A stretch of 64,000 nt of DNA from Somniosus microcephalus (Eukaryota), in NCBI GenBank assembly GCA_052327205.1, contig CM126206.1:257300001-257364000 (forward strand), in the 5' to 3' direction. Positions within the stretch are counted from its first letter, which is position 1, and each line of letters begins with the position of its first letter. The position numbers were made by a program, and so were the translations under genes. The notes under the pieces are model-generated. The model did no database searches. It saw nothing but the letters and a program-made list of their open reading frames with translations, and was not told where the DNA came from. Positions 12,285-24,030 of the stretch are shown here, piece after piece.

Positions 12285-13810
12285 TTTGCATTTATATATG
12301 GTCTTTCCAATTGAAACATTAACATTTTATGCCATTTTTAAAATTATAAAGTAAAGTAGTGACTATTATGTAGCTAAACATGGCAGCCAGCTGCACACAG
12401 CTATGTTTTGCATAAGAACATAAGAATTAGGAGCAGGAATAGGCCATACGGCCCCTCGAGCCTGCTCCACCATTCAATAAGATCATGGCTGATCTACGAC
12501 CTCAACACCACTTTCCTGCCCAATCCCCATATTCCTCGATTCCCCTAGAGTTCAAAAATCTATCTATCTCAACCTTGAATATACTCACGACTGAGCATCC
12601 ACAGCCCTCTTGGGCAGAGAATTCCAAAGATTCACAACCCTCTGAGTGAAGAAGTTCCTCCTCGTCTCAGTCTTAAAAGGCCGACCCCTTATCCTGAGAC
12701 TATGCCCCCTAGTTCTGGACTCTCTAGCTGTGGGAAACAATCTCTCAGCATCTATCCTGTCAATCCCCCTCGGAATCTTTTCAATGAGATCCCTCATTCT
12801 TCTAAATTCTAAAGAGTATAGGCCTAATCTACTCCAGGAGAACCCTCTCATCCCAGGGATTAGTCCAGTGAACCTTTGTTGAACCGCCGCCACAGCAAGT
12901 ATATCCTTCCTTAGATAAGGAGACCAAAGCTGTGCACAGTACTCCAGGTGTGGTCTTACCAAGGCCCTGTACAATGGTAGCAAGACTTCCTTACTCTTGT
13001 ACTCCAACCCCCTAGTAATAAAGGCCAACATGCCATTTACCTTCCTCATTGCTTGCTGTACCTGCAATGCTAACTCTGGGTTCCCTGTACGAGGACACCG
13101 AACTCTCTCTGAACACCAACATTTAATAGTTTCTCACCATTTAAAAATTTTTTCCGTTTTTCTATTCTTCCTACCAAAGTGAATAACCTCATATTTCTCC
13201 ATCTGCCACCTTATTGCTCGCTCACTTAATCTGTCTATATCCCTTTGCAAGTTCTGTGTCCTCCTCACAGCTTACTATCCTACCTAGCTTTGTATCATCG
13301 GCAAACTTGGATACATTACACTCTGTCCCTTCATCGAAGTCATTAATATAGATTATAAATAGCTGAGGCCCGAGCACTGATCCTTGCAGCACCCCACTAG
13401 TAGCAGCCTGCCAATCTGAAAAAGACCCGTTTATCCCAACTCTCCGCTTTCTGTCCATTAACCAATTCTCTATCCAAGCTATTACCCCCAACCCCATGAG
13501 CCCTTATCTTGTGCAAAGAGCCATAAAATGAATGTCCAGTCAATTGGCATTAGGGGTTGTGAAAAGAATGTGTGCCAAGATGTCTACTCTTCTTCAAACA
13601 GTGTCATGGGACATCCAACTGAAATCAGTGAAATAGGCAGACAGAACTCTGGGTCAACATCTCATCTGAAGGATGGCATCTCCAAATAACCGATCATTCA
13701 GGGAGTACTGCACTGAACTGTCTGCCTAAACTATGTGCCCTAGCCTTGGTGTGTGGCTTGGATCCACAACCTTCTGACCAAGAGGCACGTGTGTTACCAA
13801 ATGAGCCAAG
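12285..13810 (-). mobile_element. Old Deu-SINE split by a CR1 insertion
   Basis: Tail TTTGCATTTATATA at ~12285. The body resumes at ~13515 (ACATCTCATCTGAAGGATGGC...CCACAACCTTCTGAC...GAGCCAAG). Confidence 0.65.
12411..13515 (-). mobile_element. 5'-truncated CR1 LINE (RT C-terminal half and 3' UTR), frameshifted
   Basis: ORFs 13222-13497 (GVLQGSVLGPQLFIIYIND...KFADDTKL) and 12585-13067 (LYRALVRPHLEYCAQLWSP...RRNFFTQRVVNLWNSLP). 3' tail is (TTCTTATG)n. Confidence 0.95.
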
Positions 13811-15225
13811 CAGTTTGTACGCAGCATTTGACCTTCCAAACTCATCTTAACATGGCTGTAAACAGAGCTAACATTGTACGGCACTTAGCACCAGAATTTG
13901 AACTTAAGTAGGCTTCCCTGAAACTTCAGAGATTTGAGGTAACCCTAACAGATAGGGATGGGTTGGAAATCTCACCATTGCTCAAATTACCCTTCTGCGA
14001 AGTTGGGATGATGATTTGCTTTCTTCTTCCCATAGATTCCAAGAGGAAGTAGGTGAAAAGCAGCATTCCACATCAGGGACAAAAATACCCACTTTAGAAG
14101 AAAAAAAGCCTGCTGATATTCCTGGGGTGAGATAGATCTTACTACCCTAGCTGGAGGAAGCCAAGTGAAATAAAACATTGTGGGGTGAAGGAAAACAAAA
14201 AAGTCACAGATCAGAATCATTTCTATGTCCAACAGATCCAAATGCACTAGTGATTTTAATGACCAAAGTTAAAACGTTCAAAATGAGTCACTACTACGGA
14301 AAATGATCACTACTGCACCGATATTGCAGAAGTTTCATTCAAAAAGAAACCTTAAAACTAGCAATCAACACACACTGCAGAGGATGGCATTCTTCCAGTG
14401 TCCAGACTAACATTCCTCCCTCAACCGATACCAGCACATTCATTGGTTTTTGTGGGAGCTTGTGGTGCATAAATTGGCTACTGCATTTGCCTACATAACA
14501 GCAGCTACACTTCAAAAGTAATCTATTGGCTGTGAAGCGATTTGGAACATCTTACTACTGCACTCCGCTGAATTACAAAATGTACAACAGTTCAGATATG
14601 CAGAATTCAACTCCTTTAAAAAGCACTATGTGAAGGCTGCAGGTTGTTAACTGGTAGCTTAATGGATGCTGTGACAGTAATAAGAATCATGCTGCATTAT
14701 AAAGATAACGGTATTACTGCATGCTTTATTTAAACCTCCAATTGAGACAGCATTAGATGAATTTGAAAAACCAAAGCACTGGAGCAAGTACTGAAGCTGC
14801 ATGATGTGATACTATACTCCAATAGGAAGGCACAGGGGACAAGTTTCACTCAGCATAAAATAGAGGGGCAGTGTCCCAAAACACACAGCTGCTGCAATTT
14901 TTTAAAATACAGACACCTGAAATTACTAGGAAAGAAAAAAAAATACTGTGCACGATTCTCTTTTTTCTGTGTAGTGTGTGTGTTCTGAATCAGCATTACT
15001 GGCTTTCTTCCAAGACTCCAGTGGGTTTTCCCCTGTTGAAGTACCCTACCTTAGCCTCTTTCCTGGGATCTCTCTAGCAATGTAACCAGCAGCTGGGCTG
15101 TTGTGCAGTGATTACACCATTACACAGCTACATTCACAGGCATCATTCTCCCCAGAGTTTTGCACCCGACATATGGAGGTCAAGCAATGTGCCAGTACGA
15201 ATCTCAGTATAACAAGTTTGTGTGC

Positions 15226-15265
<40 letters not shown>

Positions 15266-15334
15266 CATTTGAGCTTTTTACCATTTAAATTTGTGCTTTT
15301 TACCATTTAAGTGCTTGAAAACCATGAAGGAAAA

Positions 15335-15680
15335 AGAAAGAGACTTGCATTTCTGTAGCACTTTCAAACATCTCAAAGCAGTTCACACAATGAATTACTC
15401 AAGTACAGTGGCTGTTATGTGGACAAATGCAGCAACCATTTTTGTACACAGCCAGATCCCACCAATAGGAATGAGATGTATCTGTTTTTTGGCAGTGTTA
15501 GTTGAGGGACAAATTTTGGCCACGACAACAAGAAAGTGTTGCTCCTTCAAATAGTGCCATGGGGATTGTCAAAACCTTCCTCAAACAAAGAGCCTTTTTT
15601 TTTTAACAAAAAAAAGAGGACGGCACCTCCAGCAACGCAGCATTCGCTCAGTACTACATTGGTGTGTCAGCCTTGATTAC
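15335..15680 (-). mobile_element. Deu-SINE fragment
   Basis: AAAGAAAGAGACTTGCATTT...CTTCAAATAGTGCCATGGG...GGCACCTCC...CTCAGTACT, reverse of the SacSINE1-like body. Confidence 0.7.
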
Positions 15681-16606
15681 ATACTTTGCATTCCATCAAT
15701 CTCCTGGAATTTGTTAACATTTAACACATGTAAGATTAAGAATCTAATCCATCACTCCAAAGATCACCATTCTCCACTTCTTCTCCCTGCCCAAAACCAC
15801 AGTTTACCATGTGACCATTCGAACACAGCAACATGACTGTCCCCAGGATACTATAATAAATTCCAGTTATATGTAGTGTATCTAAATAAATAACTCTCTG
15901 TCCTACAGAACAACCAATAAAAAGCGTTAACTCGGTTAATGCCAAATGGGCACAGATGCATTAAGAGTACATTTACTGTTCAGAATAAACATCTGAAAAT
16001 AACAAAACTACGATTAATAATCCAGTGGTTAATTATGTGCTGATTGGTTTCAGGCAGATGTTGCCCATCACACTGGATTGTGACTGTTCAAAACCTTAAA
16101 AGGATTAGAAGGACTAGATTTCAGAGCAATTTAATAGGCTACACCAGTAACTATAATCAACTTAATAGAACACAGTACCCAAATTTCTTGCAGTTCAATA
16201 AGCTTAAGTGTATTTGCTTTCAACTTCATTTACCCCAATTTTTCAAGTCATTCTTCTCTTCCTTTCATCCCGAACAAAACAAAATCGCTCAGCAGCCATG
16301 TCGCAACTTTGCCTCATCTGAGAGCAGCCAGAGGCACTTGTAGGCTTCAAGGTTGAAGTCATGCAAAAAATATGTAAATAGCAGTAAACGTCCATTTAAA
16401 AAAATTAACAAATCGAGCAAGGCCATTGTGAACTGAGAAGATTACCCCAAGGCTTTGTAAATTGTTCTCATTATTCCTTGCAAGTGCCTTGGGACATCTT
16501 GCATGTTAAAGGTGCTATACAAATGCAAGTCATCATCTTACTAACCAACTCGATATCTTGCACCAGCACTGAGTGACAACACATTCTCAAACTTTAAATG
16601 TTGCTG

Positions 16607-16704
16607 CTGTCTGATGAAAGGTCATCGACCAGAAACTTTAACTATTTCTCTCTCCACAAATGCTGCCTGACCTGCCGAGTGTTTCCAGCATTTTCTGTTT
16701 TTAT
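16607..16704 (+). mobile_element. ~100-bp non-autonomous PLE-derived element beginning at a hammerhead core
   Basis: CTGATGA-A-AGGTC-ATC-GACCA-GAAA-CTT-TAACT, then the tail TTTCTCTCTCCACAAATGCTGCCTGACCTGCCGAG. TSD TTTAAATGTTG at 16593-16603 and 16705-16715. Confidence 0.8.
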
Positions 16705-17267
16705 TTTAAATGTTGGTGTCGGACTTGACTGCTACTAGTGAAAAGTTGCAAGAACTGGCATTTTGATCAAAGCACCATCACAGCCGGGCACAATCCAGCC
16801 TTCCACATGCACACATCCAGCAGGTGGCTGTACCTTCAGGGAGGAGGGAAGGAGGCAAAATTTAAATTCCAAAAGCAGGGTTTTTTTTGCCGACGTGTTG
16901 CACAGGATACTGGACGGTTCAAAGTGCATTTGCAATTCGAGGGAAAAACATGTGCAAATACTAAGTGGTGGTGACCACACTAGGCTTTGCAATGGCCATA
17001 AATGAATGAAATTATGTTTCATGAAAACTGTCCCTCAAGAAGAGCAGAGGGTTAAGATCCAAATCTGCCAGAGATCATCTGCAATAGGTTTAGTTTAATG
17101 GTGATTTTAAATTGCTAGTTAATAGACAGATATGCTTCTGCAGTAAGGATTGCTTTGAGAAATATGAATAGAACAGTTTTTGAAAATCAAACTAAAAGGG
17201 GACCTCTACCTGAAAGTTCATTCTTTTCTAAATACAATTCTAGTTTATCACAGGCCCATTTAATTCT

Positions 17268-18257
17268 TTGGTCGGATCTGCGGGTAACTGTCTGTAGTGT
17301 TCCTGGTTGTCCAGTTGTCGGTATACTTCTTTGCAATAGTCCGTTCTGTATGACGATGGCACCTCCTTTGTCTGCTGGTTTGATGACGATGTTGCGGTTG
17401 GTCTTGAGAGCGTGGATGGCGTTGCGTTGTGCTCGGGTGACATTCTGGACTGTCTTGTGAGTGCGGCTGATGAATCTGGCGTTGATGCATCTCCTGACAG
17501 CTTGAGCATACATGTCAAGCTTAGGGCAGCGACCCTCCGGAGGGGTCCAATTTGACTCTTTCTTCTTCGGTAGCTGCACTGCGGATCCCTCTGTCTGCTG
17601 TTCCGGATCATTGATTGTCTCATTGGGTTCGCTGCTGACATCTTGGGATTTGTGGAAGAATTCCCGGAGCCTCATTCTCCTGATGAATTCCTCTGTGTCT
17701 GCCGCGAGACCGATGGGGTCCATTTTGGTGGTGGGGCAGAAATTGAGCCCTCGGCTGAGAACTTCAATTTCGTCTGGTTGAAGGGTGTGGTCGGACAGGT
17801 TGACGATAGATTTCCCTGTGGTTTCAACCGTGGTACCAGGGGAGGCTTGGTTGCTGCTGGTGGTGATGCCAAGTTTCTCAAGCTTCCTGTTCTTGGCGTG
17901 CATGTAGGTAGCGTAGTTCCGTTGCCTTGTTTGTTTGGCGGTGTCTCGTAGCTGGTCTGCTGCGTCCTGAGCACAGGCCGAGAACATGGACTCCATCTCG
18001 GTTTCAAGGTTGCGGCGTCTGCTGTAGAGCTGGTGTACGAGATGGTTGAGGAGTGTGCGAGAGGTACGATGGCAGAGTCTCTCAGCGTAGTCTGTGTTGT
18101 AGGTCGACTTGAGTGGGTTAGTGATCTGTAGTCCTTTCGGGATCTTGTCTGCTTTCTTGCATCTCTGTAGAAACTTGATGTCTGTGTCAATATGCGCGAT
18201 CTTCTTGGAGATCCTCTCCACTTTGAGCCGGCAGTTTGTGGTGTCGATAGTAGTCAT
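17268..18257 (-). pseudogene. PLE ORF N-terminal region (MTTIDTTNCRLKVE...IKPADKGGAIV...YRQLPADPTKE), frameshifted and truncated
   Basis: Contains the PLE motifs 'IVNLS..L...E.EVLSRGLNFCPT' and 'IVIKPADKGGAIVI'. The frame shifts near 17340 into 'RTDYCKEVYRQLD'. The ATG at 18257 directly follows the pLTR. The run-on of the tracked ORF to 17187 is flanking DNA. Confidence 0.9.
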
Positions 18258-18428
18258 GGTGTGGAGATGCCGGAGTTGGACTGGGGTGGACAAATGTAAG
18301 AAGTCACACAACACCAGGTTATAGTCCAACAGCTTTATTTGAAATCACAAGCTTTCAGAGCGCTGCTCCTTCTTCAGGTGAAGTGGAGAAATGCATAAAG
18401 ACACAGCTTATATAGTCAGAGAATCATG
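18256..18428 (-). repeat. 5' pseudo-LTR copy (inverted), 173 bp
   Basis: Reverse complement of 19871-20043, with one mismatch seen (in hammerhead stem II). Confidence 0.95.
18345..18381 (-). ncRNA. Minimal type I hammerhead ribozyme in the inverted pLTR
   Basis: Minus strand reads TCAC-CTGAAGA-A-GGAGC-AGC-GCTCT-GAAA-GC-TT-GTGA. Confidence 0.75.
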
Positions 18429-19569
18429 CACAAGTTCGAGCAAGACTTCTTCACTGCACAGGATCTCCAACCAACGCTATACACCAGATACATCGACGAC
18501 ATTTTCTTCCTATGGACCCACGGCGAAGAATCACTGAAAAGACTACACGATAATCAACAAGTTCCATCCCACCATCAAACTCACCATGGACTACTCCTCA
18601 GAATCGGTCTCATTCCTGGACACACGAATCTCCATCAAAGACGGACACCTCAGCACTTCACTCTACCGCAAGCCCACGGACAACCTCACGATGCTTCACT
18701 TCTCCAGCTTCCACCCTAACCACGTTAAAGAAGCCATCCCCTATGGACAAGCCCTGCGAATACACAAGATCTGCTCAGACGAGGAGGAACGCGATGGACA
18801 CCTACAGACACTGAAAGACGCCCTTGTAAGAACGGGATATGACGCTCGACTCGTCGATCGACAGTTCCGACAGGCCACAGCGAAAAATCGCATAGACCTC
18901 CTCAGAAGACAAACACGGGACACAACCAACAGAGTACCCTTCGTCGTCCAGTACTTCCCCGGAGCGGAGAAACTACGCCATGTTCTTCGCAGCCTTCAAC
19001 ATGTCATCGATGACGACGAACACCTCGCTAAGGCCATCCCCACGCCTCCACTACTCGCTTTCAAACAGCCGCCTAACCTCAAACAGACCATCGTTCGCAG
19101 CAAATTACCCAGCTTTCAGGAGAACAGCGACCACGACACCACACAACCCTGCCACAGCAACCTCTGCAAGACATGCCAGATCATCAACACAGATACCATC
19201 ATCACACGTGAGGACACCACCCACCAGGTACATGGTACATACTCATGTGACTCGGCCAACGTTGTCTACCTCATACGTTGCAGGAAAGGATGCCCCGGAG
19301 CATGGTACATCGGCGAGACCATGCAGACACTGCGACAACGGATGAACGGACACCGCGCAACAATCACCAGGCAGGAGTGTTCCCTCCCAGTCGGGGAACA
19401 CTTCAGCAGTCAAGGACATTCAGCCTCCGATCTTCGGGTAAGCATTCTCCAAGGCGGCCTTCGAGACACACGACAACGCAAAATCGTCGAGCAGAAACTG
19501 ATAGCCAAGTTCCGCACCCATGAGGACGGCCTCAACAGAGATCTTGGGTTCATGTCACGCTACATGTAA
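18426..19569 (+). pseudogene. PLE reverse transcriptase C-terminal half plus GIY-YIG endonuclease, one frameshift (~18555)
   Basis: 'MHKFEQDFF...YTRYIDDIFFLW' continues after a shift into 'NKFHPTIKLTMDYSSESVSFLD...LYRKPTD...SFHP...IPYGQALR', 'CHSNLCKTC', 'NVVYLIRC...YIGET...LRQRMNGH...PVGEHF...GLNRD'. Confidence 0.93.
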
Positions 19570-19575
19570 CCCCAC

Positions 19576-19728
19576 CTGACGCAGGGTCATCCAGACTCGA
19601 GTCGACATTGGCTTGTTCTCTCTACACAGATGCGGCCGGACCTGCTGTGATTTCCAGCCAAAAAAAATGTTTTTTGTCTGCTTTTTTGTTTTTCATACAG
19701 ACCCCAGCATCTGCAATATTTTACCCCT
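19576..19728 (+). mobile_element. Degenerate hammerhead mini-element embedded just after the PLE stop codon
   Basis: CTGACGCA-GGGTC-ATCCA-GACTC-GA... plus the tail CTCTCTACACAGATGCGGCCGGACCTGCTG...CCAGCATCTGCAATATTT. Flanked by TGTAACCCCACCT (19565-19577) and TGTGACCCCACCT (19729-19741). Confidence 0.6.
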
Positions 19729-19870
19729 TGTGACCCCACCTCATTGTTCTTTGATGTAATGTTTCCCCGACTGACCTGTTTGGACACCATTCACACCTTT
19801 GACTGCTGTGATTATCTCTCTGCCGAGGTGTGATAAATGGCAGTTGGAAAGGTTACCTGTAAACATCTGA

Positions 19871-20043
19871 CATGATTCTCTGACTATATAAGCTGTGTCT
19901 TTATGCATTTCTCCACTTCACCTGAAGAAGGAGCAGCGCTCCGAAAGCTTGTGATTTCAAATAAAGCTGTTGGACTATAACCTGGTGTTGTGTGACTTCT
20001 TACATTTGTCCACCCCAGTCCAACTCCGGCATCTCCACACCAT
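19871..20043 (+). repeat. 3' pseudo-LTR segment, 173 bp
   Basis: Matches 18256-18428. Contains TATATAA (~19885), a hammerhead (19918-19954) and AATAAA (~19960), and ends at the ORF start context ACACCAT. Confidence 0.95.
19918..19954 (+). ncRNA. Minimal type I hammerhead ribozyme in the 3' pLTR
   Basis: TCAC-CTGAAGA-A-GGAGC-AGC-GCTCC-GAAA-GC-TT-GTGA: intact CUGANGA/GAAA core, stem I UCAC/GUGA, 5-bp stem II and palindromic AGCU stem III. Confidence 0.8.
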
Positions 20044-20547
20044 TTAATTCTCAACAAGGAGAAAATCTTTTGAGGGGAACTATAATGAGGTGCCACCTTT
20101 CAAATGTCCTGCTCATTTAAAACGATCAGTGGCATCAAATGAAAAGTATATGCAGAGCTGCAGTGCGGGATATGGATGGTGAATCTACATAGAATGGTGT
20201 GACCTCTCCAGTTATTTATGTAATCTATACAATGAGTGAGCAAAATGCTAGTTACATTTTCAGGCTCCTAAATGAAAGATACCGTAAGTCACTAAGAGAA
20301 GTTGTGTATGCGGGTTTGTAGCATCAACAGTACAAAAAGTAGTTACAATTAGAATTTTCTAAATGAGAAAACAGCAATCGTTGCCATCTGCACTAGAACA
20401 GTATGGGTAAAATAAGAGAAGTTTACACGCAACAGTCAAGTAGATGCAGGTAACCAGTGTTGCATTTAAGGAGCAGACCCAAGTCACTACACAACAGGAG
20501 AACTGGAAAGTGATGCCACTCAAGATTTCAGCCTAGTTCTGAAAAGA

Positions 20548-20745
20548 AAACTACAAATGCTGGTAATTTCAAAATGCTGAAAAATACTGAGCAGGCCTAT
20601 CAGCATCTGTGCAAAAATACAGGTGACTCTTTTGGGTCTTCTCAGGATGGATTCCACACCCGAAAGGTTAACCGGTCTTTTGTTTTTACAGATGCTGACT
20701 GGCCTACTGTAACTCCAGCATTTTCTATTTTTAGTTTCAGCGAAT
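20548..20745. mobile_element. Old palindromic PLE-derived mini-element
   Basis: Inverted arms AAAATGCTG...CAGCATCTGT / ACAGATGCTG...CAGCATTTTCT with a residual CCCGAAAGGTTAAC. Confidence 0.6.
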
Positions 20746-20799
20746 GTTGCAATTTCAATTGCTTCGTACCATCAAGTAGCTCAGAACCAAACAGCTCTG

Positions 20800-21365
20800 C
20801 TCCCCCTGATGGCTAAGTGGGTAAATACACTGCCCATTGTGGCACTAACTCTCACAGGGCACAAAAGGCTTCTTATTCAGTTTCTGAACTGCACATTCAG
20901 CGGGGGAAAGCAGCGAGAGCAGCGCAGCCGACACTGCCACTGGATTGGAGAAGAGAAAGCTGTTGTGCGGAATCAGAATCCTGCTCACTATCCAGCCACC
21001 TCTGCCAGAAAGACAAAGTCAATATCAGATGGGGTTAGAATCCAACTTGGCTGCCCTCCCCACCCATCATATATTCAAGAAGGAGTTGGATATATTTCTT
21101 AAGGCTAAAGGGATCAAGGGATATGGGGAGAAGGCAGGGACAGGGTACTGAATTTGGATGATCAGCCATGATCTCATTGAATGGTGGAGCAGGCTCGAGG
21201 GGCCGAATGGCCTACTCCTGCTCCTATCTTCTATGTTTCTGTCATCGAATAACCTGCCGCCACATGCATCATGGTGACCTGGGTGAAGTAGTGGTAGGTA
21301 ACCAGCATCAATGAGACCATATCCCTGCAGGTAAACACCTTCAGGAGAGGATGACAGAAAATTGG
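20800..21365 (+). mobile_element. Unclassified SINE-like repeat interrupted by a CR1 3' end (21067-21240)
   Basis: Head GGCTAAGTGGGTAAATACACTG and tail CCTTCAGGAGAGG. The inserted CR1 end reads GATCAGCCATGATCTCATTGAATGGTGGAGCAGGCTCGAGGGGCCGAATGGCCTACTCCTGCTCCT. Confidence 0.7.
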
Positions 21366-23639
21366 GAAGGAAATTCACAGATAGGAACTTCCTTTTTTTT
21401 TTAAAAAGGAAGCCATTAATCTCAATTGATTGGCATGAAAAAAAATGGTCAAGTATTAGAACAGTGCAGCAGATACATTTCAGAAAGCAACATGAATCAC
21501 ACCCTTTCAATTTCAAAATTTTTACTTTTCAACAAAAAAAATTAAAAACTGAACTTTGATGATCTCTTCACACACAACCATAATCTGGGTTTCTTGGACT
21601 GAAAACCCCAATTAATGTGAAGTCTGCTTAAAATGTCACTAAGAAAAATACACAAACCTTCTCAAAAAGAGACAACTGTCGGAAATACCCTAAAAATGAG
21701 TAATTTTCACCATTATGGCACAACATGGCAGAATGAATTAGAAAGATTTAACCACTCTGCCAGGGAATAAGATTAAAATGAAAAGTACACAAAAGTGCAA
21801 CTAATGACCATATGAAATGTTGCACATTTTACAAATGAACGGAGTCACAAAAATGTGTGGTAAAGAGCGGCAAATGGGGATGGTAGCCTAGGACAAAGGG
21901 CCCCCTCCTCTGGGTCGTCACACTTCGATGTTGAACAAGTAGCAAAAAAGCTGAAAATTGTACAGCCACTGGAACAGGCAGATATAAGTTTGGTTTACGT
22001 CTCATCAGAAGGATGCTGCCTTTGATAGTGCAGCACCTGCTCAGTACCGCATGGGCATCAGCTTAAATTACATGCTCAAGTCCTCAAGTGAGGCATGCAC
22101 CCTTCACAACCTTCCAAACTTGAACCAAGTCTCCTACTGACTTAACCAAGTTGAAAGAATGCTGGGGCACATAGCCAGAATAGTGGAACACAGTCTGGAG
22201 GTTATACTGTGGTTTTATTATGCACTGGTCAGACCAGACTTGTGATAACCAAAAGAGAACACATTACCCCATCACAAAAAAAGATTACCTTTTCTAACTA
22301 ATAAAAGTGTCAGAAAAGACCAAGGCTTCTCCGTAGAGTATTTTAACCTGACTCTCCCAAAACAGTGCAAGTTATCAGTTTAAGAGGAAATAGACACAAC
22401 TGGCATCAACCACTAAAATAGTGCTGCTTTTGCATTCCCTAGCCCCAGTAAGTCCAACCTTCAGTCTCTGTGGTCCACAGAAGAGTATACCATTAAGCCT
22501 CAGGGGCCACATATATAGTTTAAATCCACGTTCCTTTCGATATGCATATATCTCAAGTTGCTGATACCAACATATCTTAGGTTTGTGATCTAGTGTTTAT
22601 TCAACAATGAAGCAGCAGTACTACAACAGCCCTTTCCAAACTTTCCAGCCCATGAAATTCAAACAGGTTAAACTGGCAAATAAGGAACGTAAACTCCAAA
22701 CTGAACAGAATTGTCTGGGTTTCGAAGCCTGGATTGTAAGGGTTTGCACATTACACGTGGCCCTAGGCTGAACACTCCTAACCTAAGCCACTGTAAATAC
22801 CTTGCATCACAACAAAAAAAGGCAAAGATGTTACTGTATAAGAGCTCACTCCATAGCCAAAAGAGAAATTTGAAATGTTGAAACATAATTTGACATAAAT
22901 TGGACCCGTTGAATTTAGACCACCGACTAAGTTTCCTCCTCCCCTCCCCTGCTTCCGATGTCTAACTCAATAGACACCCACAACACCAATGACTGTGCAC
23001 AGTGATTGTTATTAAACTCCTAAAAAAACAGCAGAGCTGCTATTACCAGAGAGGTAATGAAGAGGAAAAAAAAATCTGTCATCAATTTCCAGAGGGTTAC
23101 TTGTGAAGTTTTAAATGTCTCGATTGCTTCCAGCTCCTAAACCTTTCCGCTTTGAATTCACATCTGGTCAGAAGTGTAGCCTGGAATCCAGTGCTTTCAA
23201 ATGCCAAACATTCGGGAAGCCCTCGAGTCTCAACTGATTTGTTTCCTTACATTACAACAGACTACTCATGGAGTGGAGTGCAGTCATTTGTCTTTAGACA
23301 TGAGGGGGAAGGAACAACCCATTCCCATCTGTGTATATCTATTGGTCTCCCCTGCAGCCAGTGTTGATCAGAAAAACCTGGGAATTGCACATCTTCCACC
23401 CATTCTATTCACCGAGGAAAAAAGGTAAGAGTCAGGCCATTAACAAAAAAGTTTCTCTGGCTTCCATTCTACACGATGTAGAGGTTTTAGGAGCAAGAAA
23501 AAAATTTGGGAATGAGAAAATACTGGTTCTAATTATTTCTGCGTTAAACATATTTGAAAGAACATTTTGTCCCACATTTTCTTTATGTATTTTGAATTTA
23601 GGGTCTTCTCACTGTATACAATACACTTTTTGTATTAAT

Positions 23640-24030
23640 GGACCGTCACCTGGCCTCTCCTGATGGTTCAGCTGGATGCCAAGCCACACAGGAAGGTCCC
23701 AGGTTTGTTCTGCATACTGAATTAGCTGATCTGAGCTGCAGTGGCAGCAAGGCTGCCACAATTGGTCTCAGGACCTGGGGGAAGGGGGGGGGCTGGGGGA
23801 CAAGTAAAACCGGGGGAAAAAGTCAAGATTCCTGCTCTTGATCACAACTCAGTGACCCCTGTGGGATATCAGGATCAAGCCTGGCCAACTTGTCCCCAGT
23901 GGTAAAATAGGCTGTCAAAACTGTGTCTCGGCTCCACAAAGAAGACCCATTTGGGCAAATTACAAGACGGAAATCAGGGCCAGTGGAAACATCCTAGCGC
24001 AGAATCGATGGCATCAGGGCAGGATGCAAT
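23640..24030 (+). mobile_element. Unclassified SINE-like repeat
   Basis: CAGGAAGGTCCCAGGTTTG...AATTAGCTGATCTGAGC...ACAATTGGTCTCAG...CAGTGACCCCTG. Related copies at 24440-24700 (-), 24760-25035, 25490-25715, 36740-36960, 40480-40740, 53275-53640 and 59050-59380. Confidence 0.65.

Larger units (their letters stand above)
17268..20039. mobile_element. Penelope-like retroelement (family A, Neptune-like) with inverted 5' segment
   Basis: 12-bp TSD CCATTTAATTCT (17256-17267, 20040-20051). The minus-strand part carries the pLTR and N-terminal ORF. The plus-strand part carries RT (YTRYIDDIFFLW), a CxxxxCxxC linker, GIY-YIG (VVYLIRC..GC..WYIGET) and the pLTR. Confidence 0.95.

Noticed and set aside
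13972-14095. Minus-strand MGRRKQIIIP… followed by a GTGAG donor, resembling the MSRRKQ NuRD-binding motif
   Set aside because: It lacks the xxP of MSRRKQxxP at the right spacing, has no promoter or CpG context, and a short match is expected by chance.
17187-19569. Active autonomous PLE or domesticated RT gene
   Set aside because: The ORF is split by an inversion, lacks the RT N-terminal half and has two frameshifts. The tracked 380-aa ORF also includes pLTR and flanking sequence.
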